Positions 1 to 14,524 of a stretch of DNA of 64,000 nucleotides are shown in pieces. The notes under the pieces were generated by a model. It ran no database searches and was not told the origin of the DNA. It was given only the letters and a program-made list of their open reading frames with translations. The stretch comes from Escherichia phage vB_EcoM-Ro111lw. The translations under genes and the position numbers were made by a program. Numbering within the stretch: position 1 is the first letter of the stretch; each line of letters starts with the position of its first letter. The stretch lies in the sequence record MH571750.1. One strand, 5' to 3'.

Positions 1-2
1 CT

Positions 3-833
3 CCTGATGAAATTCAGGGTGTACGTCAGCCAGGCACTGCAAACGAACTGACTACTGAAGCTGTAGTACGTGCTAAGAAGCTGATGAAGATTCGTACCAA
101 GTTCGATATTACTCGTGAGTTCCTGTTTATGCAAGCTCTGAAGGGTAAAGTTGTTGATGCTCGTGGTACTCTGTATGCTGACCTGTACAAGCAGTTCGAT
201 GTTGAGAAGAAGACTGTTTACTTCGACCTTGACAACCCTAATGCGGATATCGACGCTTCTATTGAAGAACTGCGTATGCACATGGAAGACGAAGCTAAGA
301 CTGGCACTGTAATCAACGGTGAAGAAATTCACGTAGTTGTTGACCGTGTGTTCTTCAGCAAGCTGACTAAACACCCTAAGATTCGTGATGCCTATCTTGC
401 ACAGCAGACCCCACTGGCTTGGCAACAGATTACTGGTTCTCTAAGAACTGGTGGTACTGACGGCGTTCAGGCTCACATGAACACCTTCTACTACGGTGGT
501 GTTAAGTTTGTCCAGTACAACGGTAAGTTCAAAGACAAGCGTGGTAAGGTTCATACTCTGGTGAGCATTGATGGTGCTGGTGCAGAGGTTGGTGTAGGAC
601 ACGCTTTCCCTAACGTTTCTATGCTTGGTGAAGCAAACAACATCTTCGAAGTGGCTTATGGCCCATGTCCTAAGATGGGTTACGCAAATACACTTGGTCA
701 GGAACTGTATGTATTCGAATACGAAAAAGACCGTGACGAAGGTATTGACTTTGAAGCTCACTCTTACATGCTGCCATACTGTACTCGTCCTCAGTTGCTG
801 GTAGATGTTCGTGCTGACGCTAAAGACGAATAA
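3..833 (+). CDS. Major capsid protein, lambda gpE-like family (5'-truncated; frame is open back to window start)
   Basis: Open frame from nt 3 with no upstream stop; C-terminal half recalls lambda major capsid protein E; sits at head of the structural module. Confidence 0.6.
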   Translation, partial: PDEIQGVRQPGTANELTTEAVVRAKKLMKIRTKFDITREFLFMQALKGKVVDARGTLYADLYKQFDVEKKTVYFDLDNPNADIDASIEELRMHMEDEAKTGTVINGEEIHVVVDRVFFSKLTKHPKIRDAYLAQQTPLAWQQITGSLRTGGTDGVQAHMNTFYYGGVKFVQYNGKFKDKRGKVHTLVSIDGAGAEVGVGHAFPNVSMLGEANNIFEVAYGPCPKMGYANTLGQELYVFEYEKDRDEGIDFEAHSYMLPYCTRPQLLVDVRADAKDE

Positions 834-854
834 TATTCTTAAGGAGGGTTATGA

Positions 855-1304
855 ATGTGTTATACAGGCGACCCAGCCAATAACCCTCTTGATAGAGTAA
901 GAATCCTCTGCACAGACACCAATAATGATGAAATTCTTATTGAACAGTCTGTGCTAGAGTGGTTCTATCTAGAATCTGGAAAGGATGAAAAGAAAGCAGC
1001 CATCAAAGCTCTTAAATATTTACTCTTTCAAGTAGCCAAGATGGGAGATGAGAAGGTTGGTGGTGTTTATTTACGTAACTCTTCCAGATTCAAATCTCTG
1101 AAAGCTGTTTATGATGACCTTGTTAAAAGCTCTGTTTCAGGACTACCCTATGCAGGTGGTATTAATCAGTGTGATATTGACATGCGTCGTCAGAATCCTT
1201 GCTCTGTCAAGAAATACACAGAATATGGTGATGCTGCCAGATACGAAGGCAGAGATTACTGCAACCGTGTTAATGGCGTATTTATTATCGAGCGAGATGA
1301 ATAA
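855..1304 (+). CDS. Hypothetical virion protein (head completion / head-tail joining region)
   Basis: ATG start 4 nt after AGGAGG; stop overlaps next start (ATGA-type coupling); position between capsid and tail genes. Confidence 0.5.
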   Translation: MCYTGDPANNPLDRVRILCTDTNNDEILIEQSVLEWFYLESGKDEKKAAIKALKYLLFQVAKMGDEKVGGVYLRNSSRFKSLKAVYDDLVKSSVSGLPYAGGINQCDIDMRRQNPCSVKKYTEYGDAARYEGRDYCNRVNGVFIIERDE

Positions 1305-1786
1305 TGGTTAAAAGGGTTATTCACCCCGCTAGAGCAAAATTAGTCGGGGCTATGAAGAACTTGCAAACGGCTAATGCTCAAGTTGGGTATTTTCAAGAAC
1401 AAGGTCAACATAGCTCTGGTTTTTCTTATCCTGCTTTAATGTATTTGCAAGAAGTTATTGGGGTTCCCTCAGCTTCTGGTAAAGTATATCGTAGGTTGTT
1501 TGAAATCACTATGATGCTAAACAGACAGACCTTGTTAGAGCAGACTAAGAAGAATCTATATAAGCAACTTAGCAGTCTCAACACAGACCCTTCAAGTACC
1601 CTAGAAGCATTTGCAAAGAATGCTCAAAAGGCAATTAAAAGAGGTTTTGGTAATTCTGCTATCCTCCCTCCTAACGCACCTTCCACAGTCAAGAAAAAAG
1701 GCTTTAATGCACCTCTTGTTGAGACAGGTGACTTAAGGGATAACCTTGCTTATAAAATTTCTACTAAGAAGGGTATTAAAAAATGA
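1304..1786 (+). CDS. Hypothetical structural protein
   Basis: Translationally coupled ORF in structural operon. Confidence 0.5.
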   Translation: MVKRVIHPARAKLVGAMKNLQTANAQVGYFQEQGQHSSGFSYPALMYLQEVIGVPSASGKVYRRLFEITMMLNRQTLLEQTKKNLYKQLSSLNTDPSSTLEAFAKNAQKAIKRGFGNSAILPPNAPSTVKKKGFNAPLVETGDLRDNLAYKISTKKGIKK

Positions 1787-2184
1787 GACTCTTAAACAGA
1801 CACAGCTTTGTAGTAAAGCGCAAAGCCTCTGAAGATGGTTATTACAATGATGATGGTGATTGGGTAGCTTCACAAGATATTGTAGAGGTTAACTGTAAAG
1901 GTAATATCCAGCCATATATCAAAGGTTCTGTAAAGAATGGTACACAGATTGCTTTACCGGAAGGTATCAGACTTACCGATACAAGAATCCTGTATACTAC
2001 ATATAAACTTAGAACTTCAGATGATGTAGAGTGGAATGAGTCTGACATTGTTATGATTGATGGTCATGAGTATGAAGTATTTATGACTATGGATTGGTCA
2101 CAGCAATTAGCCCATACGTCCCATTATGAATATATCATTATTAGAAGGGATAAAATGAATGCAGTTAGAAACAGCAGAACTTGA
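1783..2184 (+). CDS. Hypothetical structural protein
   Basis: 4-nt overlap with upstream ORF; structural operon. Confidence 0.5.
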   Translation: MRLLNRHSFVVKRKASEDGYYNDDGDWVASQDIVEVNCKGNIQPYIKGSVKNGTQIALPEGIRLTDTRILYTTYKLRTSDDVEWNESDIVMIDGHEYEVFMTMDWSQQLAHTSHYEYIIIRRDKMNAVRNSRT

Positions 2185-2758
2185 AAAAGGTCTAGTTAGA
2201 ACCTTAGTGGGTGTTATTGGTCACAGACTAGCTCGTGATAAAAATAATAGACCAAATGTAATTAGAGCTTACCCTTCTGATAACTCAAATGACAAAGGTT
2301 TAAAACCTGACCAGCCATTTATTACCGTATATTGTCAAGACGCTGCAACACCTTATGGTTGGGTTCTTGATAAGTTTGTTGAGGATGATGTAGTTTGCTA
2401 CAGAATTGCTTTTCAGATTCCAGTATTAATTACGGTAAATGGTAAAGGTGCTCACAGTATTATGCTTGAGCTTAAACAACGATTAGAGATGAGTTCAGTC
2501 AGAGATTTAATTCTTGAAGAGACAGGAGCTACAGTTTTAGACACTGGAGCTATCCCAAATGACTACACTTATCTTAATACAGATTTCGAAAATTCTGCAC
2601 CTCTTGTTGTAACTCTTGTAAAAAATTCAGTCCTGAAAGATGAACGTGGAAGTATTATTGAGCGTGTCATTGTTGATGGTGAATTAGTTTACGAAGAAGG
2701 ACAAGAGCCACCAGAATATACTATCCATCTAGATGTAGACTCCAAAGGGGTAAAATAA
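2159..2758 (+). CDS. Hypothetical structural protein (tail completion/terminator candidate)
   Basis: ATG with AGAAGGGA upstream; immediately precedes putative sheath gene. Confidence 0.45.
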   Translation: MQLETAELEKGLVRTLVGVIGHRLARDKNNRPNVIRAYPSDNSNDKGLKPDQPFITVYCQDAATPYGWVLDKFVEDDVVCYRIAFQIPVLITVNGKGAHSIMLELKQRLEMSSVRDLILEETGATVLDTGAIPNDYTYLNTDFENSAPLVVTLVKNSVLKDERGSIIERVIVDGELVYEEGQEPPEYTIHLDVDSKGVK

Positions 2759-4111
2759 ATGTGGAATCCAATTGTTAATGTAGATATTACATTGAACACC
2801 GCAGGAACTACAAGAGAAGGTTTTGGGCTGCCACTATTTTTAGCTTCAACAGATAACTTTGAAGAAAGAGTCCGTGGTTACACTTCCTTAACTGAAGTTG
2901 CTGAAGATTTCGATGAAAATTCTGCTGCATATAAGGCTGCTAAACAACTTTGGAGTCAGACTCCTAAAGTAACTCAGCTTTATATTGGTAGACGTGCTAT
3001 GCAGTACACTGTATCAATTCCTGATGAGGTTACTGAGAGCACCGACTATTCTTTAACTGTAGCTGTGAGCGGTGGAGTTTCTCAGCCATTCCAGTACACT
3101 TCACAGTCAGAAGATACTGCTGAGAAGGTGCTACAGCAGCTTAAAACTCAGATTGAAGCAGAACCTTCTGTAAAAGACCTTGTTACTGTCAATGTAACTG
3201 GTGCTGGCGGTTCAGCAACAATGGTAATCACCAAAGCTGGTGTCAACGACTTCGTGAAGGTTACTACTACAGCACAAACAGTGTCAATTGCAAGCACAAC
3301 TGCTGACACAGCATCGACTGCTCTGGCAGCTATTGAAGCGTATTCAACTGACTGGTATTTCATTGCAGCAGAAGACAGAACTCAACAGTTTGTCTTAGCA
3401 ATGGCTTCTGAGATTCAAGCTCGTAAGAAGATTTTCTTTACAGCTAACTCCGATGTAGCAGCACTGCAAGGTACAGAATTAGCGAGTGCAAATGATGTTC
3501 CAGCACAGCTTGCTAAGAATCAGTACACTCGTACAGTTTGCTTGTGGCATCACACAGCAGCAGAAGACTATCCAGAAATGGCTTATATTGCTTATGGTGC
3601 TCCGTATGATGCAGGTTCAATTGCTTGGGGTAACGCACAGCTAACTGGCGTAGCTGCTTCTCTACAGCCATCTAATCAGAGACCTCTGACAAGTATTCAG
3701 AAGTCAGCTTTAGATGCACGTCACTGTAACTTTATTGACCTTGATGGTGGTGTTCCAGTGGTTCGTAGAGGGATTACTTCTGGTGGGGAATGGATTGATA
3801 TCATCCGTGGTGTTGACTGGTTAGAATCAGACCTGAAAACTTCTCTGAGAGACTTGCTAATTAACCAGAAGGGTGGTAAGATTACTTATGATGATACTGG
3901 TATTACCCGTATTCGTCAAGTCATTGAAACCTCTCTGCAAAGAGCAGTCAACAGAAACTTCCTGTCATCTTACACAGTTAATGTTCCTAAAGCCTCTCAA
4001 GTTGCTTTGGCAGACAAGAAAGCTCGTATCCTGAAAGATGTTACCTTCGCAGGTATCTTGGCAGGGGCTATCTTGGATGTTGACTTGAAAGGTACAGTGG
4101 CTTACGAATAA
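2759..4111 (+). CDS. Tail sheath protein (putative)
   Basis: 450-aa ORF directly upstream of a ~148-aa tube-sized ORF, chaperone pair and tape measure; canonical contractile-tail gene order; assignment by synteny and size. Confidence 0.5.
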   Translation: MWNPIVNVDITLNTAGTTREGFGLPLFLASTDNFEERVRGYTSLTEVAEDFDENSAAYKAAKQLWSQTPKVTQLYIGRRAMQYTVSIPDEVTESTDYSLTVAVSGGVSQPFQYTSQSEDTAEKVLQQLKTQIEAEPSVKDLVTVNVTGAGGSATMVITKAGVNDFVKVTTTAQTVSIASTTADTASTALAAIEAYSTDWYFIAAEDRTQQFVLAMASEIQARKKIFFTANSDVAALQGTELASANDVPAQLAKNQYTRTVCLWHHTAAEDYPEMAYIAYGAPYDAGSIAWGNAQLTGVAASLQPSNQRPLTSIQKSALDARHCNFIDLDGGVPVVRRGITSGGEWIDIIRGVDWLESDLKTSLRDLLINQKGGKITYDDTGITRIRQVIETSLQRAVNRNFLSSYTVNVPKASQVALADKKARILKDVTFAGILAGAILDVDLKGTVAYE

Positions 4112-4126
4112 TAGAGGTAAATTGGA

Positions 4127-4573
4127 ATGGCTATGTATCAGCAATATTCCCCTAAAGACGTTGTGTGTAGCTGGAATGGTATTGCCATTGAAGGCTTTGC
4201 CCCAGACTCATTCTTACGTCTACAGAGAACATCACCACTTGTGACACCAGTTGTAGGTGCGGGTGGTCAGGTTGCTCTGACAAGAAATGCAGACAAGACA
4301 GGTACTATTGAGATTGAGTTAATGCAGACTTCTCTCTCTAATCAGATGCTTTCTGCAATTCAAGCTAAACAAGACAATATGGAACTTGAAGAAGATATCT
4401 CTTCTAACTTCGTAATCTACGACCCATCAGGCTCTGTTCTGGCAACTGGTATTAATGCTTGGTTGCAGGAATTACCACAGATTGAACTTGGTCGTGACCA
4501 GAACTCTAAAACTTGGATTTTTGGTTGTGAGAAGCTAGACTACACTTCTACAATTCCAGCGTCAAGTGTTTAA
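4127..4573 (+). CDS. Tail tube protein (putative)
   Basis: 148-aa ORF between sheath candidate and chaperones; followed by strong terminator. Confidence 0.5.
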   Translation: MAMYQQYSPKDVVCSWNGIAIEGFAPDSFLRLQRTSPLVTPVVGAGGQVALTRNADKTGTIEIELMQTSLSNQMLSAIQAKQDNMELEEDISSNFVIYDPSGSVLATGINAWLQELPQIELGRDQNSKTWIFGCEKLDYTSTIPASSV

Positions 4574-4585
4574 TAAATCCTATAA

Positions 4586-4617
4586 GGGGGAGACTTTAAA
4601 AGGTCTTCCCCTTTTTT
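4586..4617 (+). terminator. Rho-independent terminator after tail tube gene
   Basis: GGGGGAGAC / GTCTTCCCC stem (one G-U wobble) followed by TTTTTT. Confidence 0.6.
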
Positions 4618-4646
4618 GTTTCTTTTAAAAGTATTAAGGAATCACA

Positions 4647-5045
4647 ATGAAAACAGAATCTAGAGTAATTAATGGTAAGAAAGTAAATATTGTTCTGCTT
4701 GGGGCAAGAGATGGTATTAAGATGTCTATGAAGTTGGGTAAAATTGTTGTTCCAACCTTTGCACAGATGCTGTCAAGTCTGACTGATAAAGACAAGAAAG
4801 AAGCTCCAATGGTTCCATTTAAAGAACTTGTTGAAGCTTGTTTTGACAGAATTGAAGAAATTAACCTTGAAGAAATGGCTACCCTGCTGTTTCAAGGGGC
4901 AACTGTCGATGACTTCCCACTCAATATTGATACGTACTTCCAAGCAAACTACGGTGAGTTTATTGATTACTTAGCATTTGCGCTGGAGGCAAACTTCGGA
5001 AGTTTTTTCGAAGCAAGCATTTTCAAAAGCCTAACTTCTCAGTAA
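4647..5045 (+). CDS. Tail assembly chaperone (G-like)
   Basis: Small acidic ORF between tube and tape measure; slippery T_TTT_TTC heptamer at 5003-5009 near its 3' end. Confidence 0.55.
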   Translation: MKTESRVINGKKVNIVLLGARDGIKMSMKLGKIVVPTFAQMLSSLTDKDKKEAPMVPFKELVEACFDRIEEINLEEMATLLFQGATVDDFPLNIDTYFQANYGEFIDYLAFALEANFGSFFEASIFKSLTSQ

Positions 5046-5047
5046 AC

Positions 5048-5286
5048 ATGGGTAACACTCTACAGACACCACTGACTGATGCTGCTGTAGAGGCAACCTA
5101 TGAAGAAGCAGACGAGATGAAATTTGTGCTTGCTATTTATGGTATGGAAGGGTGTAAAGAAACACTTGACCAACTCTTTGCTATGACATTCTCTGATTTA
5201 TTATCATTGAGACAATTTCTTGAGATTCAGAGGTCGTATAAAGAGGAAATTGCTTACAACGAACTTAGAAGAGCAGGAAAAATGTA

Positions 5287-5287
<1 letters not shown>
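5048..5287 (+). CDS. Tail assembly chaperone frameshift extension (GT-like); probably made as -1 fusion with 4647..5045
   Basis: Lies in the -1 frame relative to upstream ORF; that frame is open upstream through the slippery site at 5003-5009. Confidence 0.5.
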
Positions 5288-10671
<5,384 letters not shown>

Positions 10672-10672
<1 letters not shown>

Positions 10673-12141
10673 TGGCAGGATTAACTACAACAGGATTACA
10701 AACTCTAAGATATCAGGAAATTTTTGATAATATCAAATCAAGACTTCTTAGAGATATTTCACCAAACCTTGACGTTTCTGAAGATAGCCAATTAGGTCTC
10801 TTCCTAGCTTCAATTGCAAGGTCTTTAGCAGATACACATGAGATTCTATCAGAAATCTATGACGGCGGGACAATTGACAAGGCTGAAGGATTTAACCTTG
10901 ATGATATTACAGCTTTGAATGCTGTATACAGATATGTTGCTCAGGCAACAAGGGGTCAGGTTGAGTTCACTGGAACAACTGGTGCTACCATCTCTTCAAC
11001 AACAAGATTGAGAAGTACTGCTGGAAATATCTTTTATCCAGTTAACAATATTACCCTTACCCCATCATATTGTGTTGAAGCTGTTCTTGAAGTTAACTCT
11101 TTACGAACTGATGCAGATTATGTTATTATTATTGATAACGTTATTTTCTCATATAAACCAACCTCATCAGACACAATTACCACACTACTAACTAAATTAG
11201 CAGAGACTATTAATGGTGGTATTGTAGCAAAAGCAGAAGTTATCAATGATGGAGCCTCATTAAGAATCTATAAAGATGAGGGTGATATCATTGCAAGAAC
11301 AAACCCTATGGTTGTTACTGCGACAACGTTTCTGACATTTACAAAGATTACAACTATCTCAGATGTAGTAGCTGAAGAGGTTGGTGCTATTCCTGCTTTA
11401 GCTGGGACTCTTATTGAGATTGAAACCACTGTTGATGGCCTTGACAGCATCTATAACAGGTATGACTTAACAACTGGTAGAAACGAAGAAACTGACACAG
11501 AACTTAGACAGAGGTATTTAGAATCCTTAGCAGTTACTGGTGTAGGGACTTTGGATGCAATTGTAGCTGCTGTTAAAAGGGTTCAAGGTGTCTCAGATGC
11601 TTCAGGTGTTGAAAATGATACTGAAGAGACGAACTCAGAAGGTCTTCCACCAAAATCTTTTAAGATTGTCGTAGTCGGTGGTCAAAATGATAATGTTGCT
11701 CAAGCAATCTGGGATACAAAACCTGCTGGTATTAGAGCTTACGGCTCGATTTTTGGCACAGCCTATGATTTAGGTGGTTTAGCACATAATATTTACTTTA
11801 GCAGACCAACACCAAAATACGCATTTGTTAAAGTCTCTTACTCTTTATATGACGAAGAGAGCTTGACAATCCCTGAAGAGGATATCAGAGACAGTATTGT
11901 ACAAGGTATTAATGCCTACGGAAGAACTCTTAAGGTTGGTAATGACGTTATCCCTAACAGAATCTACGGATATATCTATGATGTAATTAAAGGTATTGAG
12001 ATTAACGAGGTTAAAGTAGCCTTATCAAACAGCCAATCAGTTCCACCTAGTGACGGACAATATACTACAGCAAGAATTACTGTCGACGGTGACCAATATA
12101 CTGTTTGGGAAAGCAGCCAGTATACCATCACTAAGGAGTAA
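10672..12141 (+). CDS. Baseplate J-like wedge protein (putative)
   Basis: 489 aa; position and size typical of baseplate J family. Confidence 0.4.
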
Positions 12142-12143
12142 CA

Positions 12144-12998
12144 ATGTTTGAAAAGATTGATAGTGTTTATTATAAAACACTTGATGAAAGAACTGTAACA
12201 CAGTTTAAAGATAAGTTTATCTATACAAGCATCTTGAAAGCAATCACTGATGAGTTACAAACCTTAGAAGATGTTTGCTGGCAAATGCACACAGAGAGGA
12301 ATATTAGGACGTCAGTAGGCCAACAACTTGATAATATTGGCTCACTGATTAAAGTTCCTAGACCTTTAGGTGCTGATGATGAAACATATAGAGCTATGCT
12401 TTATATCCAAATCTTCCTAAGACGTTCTGACACTACTCCAACATTCTTGCAAAAAGCAATTATGACATTGTATGGTGCAACTTTCTCTCAGATTTTTGAG
12501 CATATTACCCCTAAGACTGGTGGTATCGTTATCCGTGTTAACACCAGAAAAAGCGTTCTTGATGCTGCATATACACTGTCAAAGATTTCTGCAACAACCA
12601 CTGGTTCCGCTGTTATCTTAAGAGATGTTACTTTAAATGGGACTGCTTGGACACCTGTAGAGGTTGCTGATTCATCACTTGCTATTGTTGATGATAAAGA
12701 GAACTGGTTTGTAACTGATGCTAACAGAGGTCTGGTCACAAATAACACTGGCGGCTCTCTGGAGTCCAACCTAGTAGGGAGTCTTGCAGATGCTGGTGTT
12801 ATTGATGGTTACTTTAAGGTTGACAGAACAGCAAACCCACAGAGCAATGATTATATGACTGTAGATAGGTCTAATAATAGCGGCTATTTCATTGCTGGTA
12901 GAGAAGCTATTGCAGGTGGTGCATATGGAATCATGGCTGAGGTTGCACAAATTGTCAAAGGCAGAAAAGATAAATCACAACAAGAAGGAAATTCTTAA
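12144..12998 (+). CDS. Baseplate / tail-fiber attachment protein (putative)
   Basis: 284 aa between J-like gene and fibers. Confidence 0.35.
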   Translation: MFEKIDSVYYKTLDERTVTQFKDKFIYTSILKAITDELQTLEDVCWQMHTERNIRTSVGQQLDNIGSLIKVPRPLGADDETYRAMLYIQIFLRRSDTTPTFLQKAIMTLYGATFSQIFEHITPKTGGIVIRVNTRKSVLDAAYTLSKISATTTGSAVILRDVTLNGTAWTPVEVADSSLAIVDDKENWFVTDANRGLVTNNTGGSLESNLVGSLADAGVIDGYFKVDRTANPQSNDYMTVDRSNNSGYFIAGREAIAGGAYGIMAEVAQIVKGRKDKSQQEGNS

Positions 12999-13300
12999 TG
13001 GCAGTTTTAAATTGGTCTACAAATGAAGTAGATACTGATGGTAATCAGTTAAAAGTTTTACCACCACCGGAAGTTCAAGAGACAGGTCTTTTAAAGGGTG
13101 AGCCTATGGGTAGACAGTGGTTCAACTATATTATCAACTACCTGCTGAATAAAGTAAATGGCACTGTTGGTGAAGTTCGTTCATATGCAACTGAGCAACC
13201 AGATTTAGTGGCTAATGGCTGGAACCTCATTAAGTCTGAGACAGGGACTGCATCAACAAGTACAAGAAACCTTTACACATATGAATATGTAGGAGCTTAA
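12998..13300 (+). CDS. Hypothetical tail protein
   Basis: Coupled ORF (ATG overlaps upstream stop). Confidence 0.45.
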   Translation: MAVLNWSTNEVDTDGNQLKVLPPPEVQETGLLKGEPMGRQWFNYIINYLLNKVNGTVGEVRSYATEQPDLVANGWNLIKSETGTASTSTRNLYTYEYVGA

Positions 13301-13302
13301 TA

Positions 13303-14478
13303 ATGGCAGTAGGTGAAATTCAAATTAGTGCCTTGCCACAAGCGGCCTTACCAATTGATTTGAGTGATATCTTCCATCTTAAGCAAGGTGTTGAGGATAA
13401 AAGATGTACGCTTGAACAGTTGTTAGCACCTCACGCATCTTTGAGGAATAACCCTCATGGTGTAACGAAATCGCAAGTAGGTCTTGATAATGTTATTAAC
13501 TCTCTTCAATTAGTTGCAGCTAATAACTTGTCAGACATTGTAAATGTTGCTGAGGCAAGAGCAAATCTACAAATTATGTCGTCAGAGGAAGTGAATAGCT
13601 TAATTCAGCAACATATTGACGATAAAAGCAACCCACACAACACAACGAAAGCACAGGTTGGTTTAAGTAATGTTCAGAACTGGACAACATCCAATCTGTA
13701 CAATGAAGATGCTGATAAGTATGCTACAGCTAGAGCAGTGAATAATCTATATAAAGCTATCCAAGCATCATATCCAGTGGGTACTATTCATCTATCTGTT
13801 AACTCTGCTAACCCATCCACTTACTTGCTTTGTGGAGGTACTTGGGAGTTAGTTTCTAAAGGTAGAGCACTAGTTGGTTATGATACAGATTCTAGACCTG
13901 TTGGTTCAACGTTTGGTTCTCAGACTGTAGCATTAACAAATAATAATTTACCAGCGCATACTCACTCTATCTATCTAACAGGTGGTGGTCATACACACTC
14001 TGCAAGTGTATCTATCTCTAGTTTTGATTATGGTTCAAAAAGTACATCAACTTTTGATTACGGTACAAAAACGACTAATAGTGCTGGTGCTCACACTCAC
14101 ACGTTTAGTGGCACAACAAGCAATGCTGGTAACCACAACCATAGAGTCCCTATGAGGGGTAATGATAGGGGTGGCACAAACGCTATTACTGCATCTGCTG
14201 ATGCTGGTGTTGGTAATGCTATGTATACTGATTTAGCTGGTGCTCACACCCATAGCTTCTCAGGTACAACTGCATCATCTGGTGCTCATAGCCATACTGT
14301 CGCAATTGGTGCTCACAGCCACACTGTTAATATTGGTTCGCACAGTCATACAGGCACTGTTACTGTTTCTAGCTCTGAGCATACACACTCAGGGACATCT
14401 GGTTCTGTTGGTGGTGGTCAAGCTTTCAGTGTTGAGCAGCCATCTTTTGTAGTGTATGTGTGGCAGAGAACAGCTTAA
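13303..14478 (+). CDS. Tail fiber protein with T4-type fibre repeats and His-rich (HxH) C-terminal tip
   Basis: N-terminal repeats NPHGVTKSQVGLDNV / NPHNTTKAQVGLSNV (phage tail-fibre repeat pattern); C-terminal run of HTHS/HSHT motifs like metal-binding fibre tips; C-terminus AFSV...W.RTA shared with next ORF. Confidence 0.7.
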   Translation: MAVGEIQISALPQAALPIDLSDIFHLKQGVEDKRCTLEQLLAPHASLRNNPHGVTKSQVGLDNVINSLQLVAANNLSDIVNVAEARANLQIMSSEEVNSLIQQHIDDKSNPHNTTKAQVGLSNVQNWTTSNLYNEDADKYATARAVNNLYKAIQASYPVGTIHLSVNSANPSTYLLCGGTWELVSKGRALVGYDTDSRPVGSTFGSQTVALTNNNLPAHTHSIYLTGGGHTHSASVSISSFDYGSKSTSTFDYGTKTTNSAGAHTHTFSGTTSNAGNHNHRVPMRGNDRGGTNAITASADAGVGNAMYTDLAGAHTHSFSGTTASSGAHSHTVAIGAHSHTVNIGSHSHTGTVTVSSSEHTHSGTSGSVGGGQAFSVEQPSFVVYVWQRTA

Positions 14479-14488
14479 TTTCTTTACA

Positions 14489-14508
14489 GGGGCTTTGTAG
14501 CCCCTTTT
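14489..14508 (+). terminator. Terminator hairpin between the two fiber genes
   Basis: GGGGCT-ttgt-AGCCCC followed by TTTT; preceded by TTTACA as in the type-B cassettes. Confidence 0.5.
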
Positions 14509-14524
14509 AAGAGGAAAACTTATA

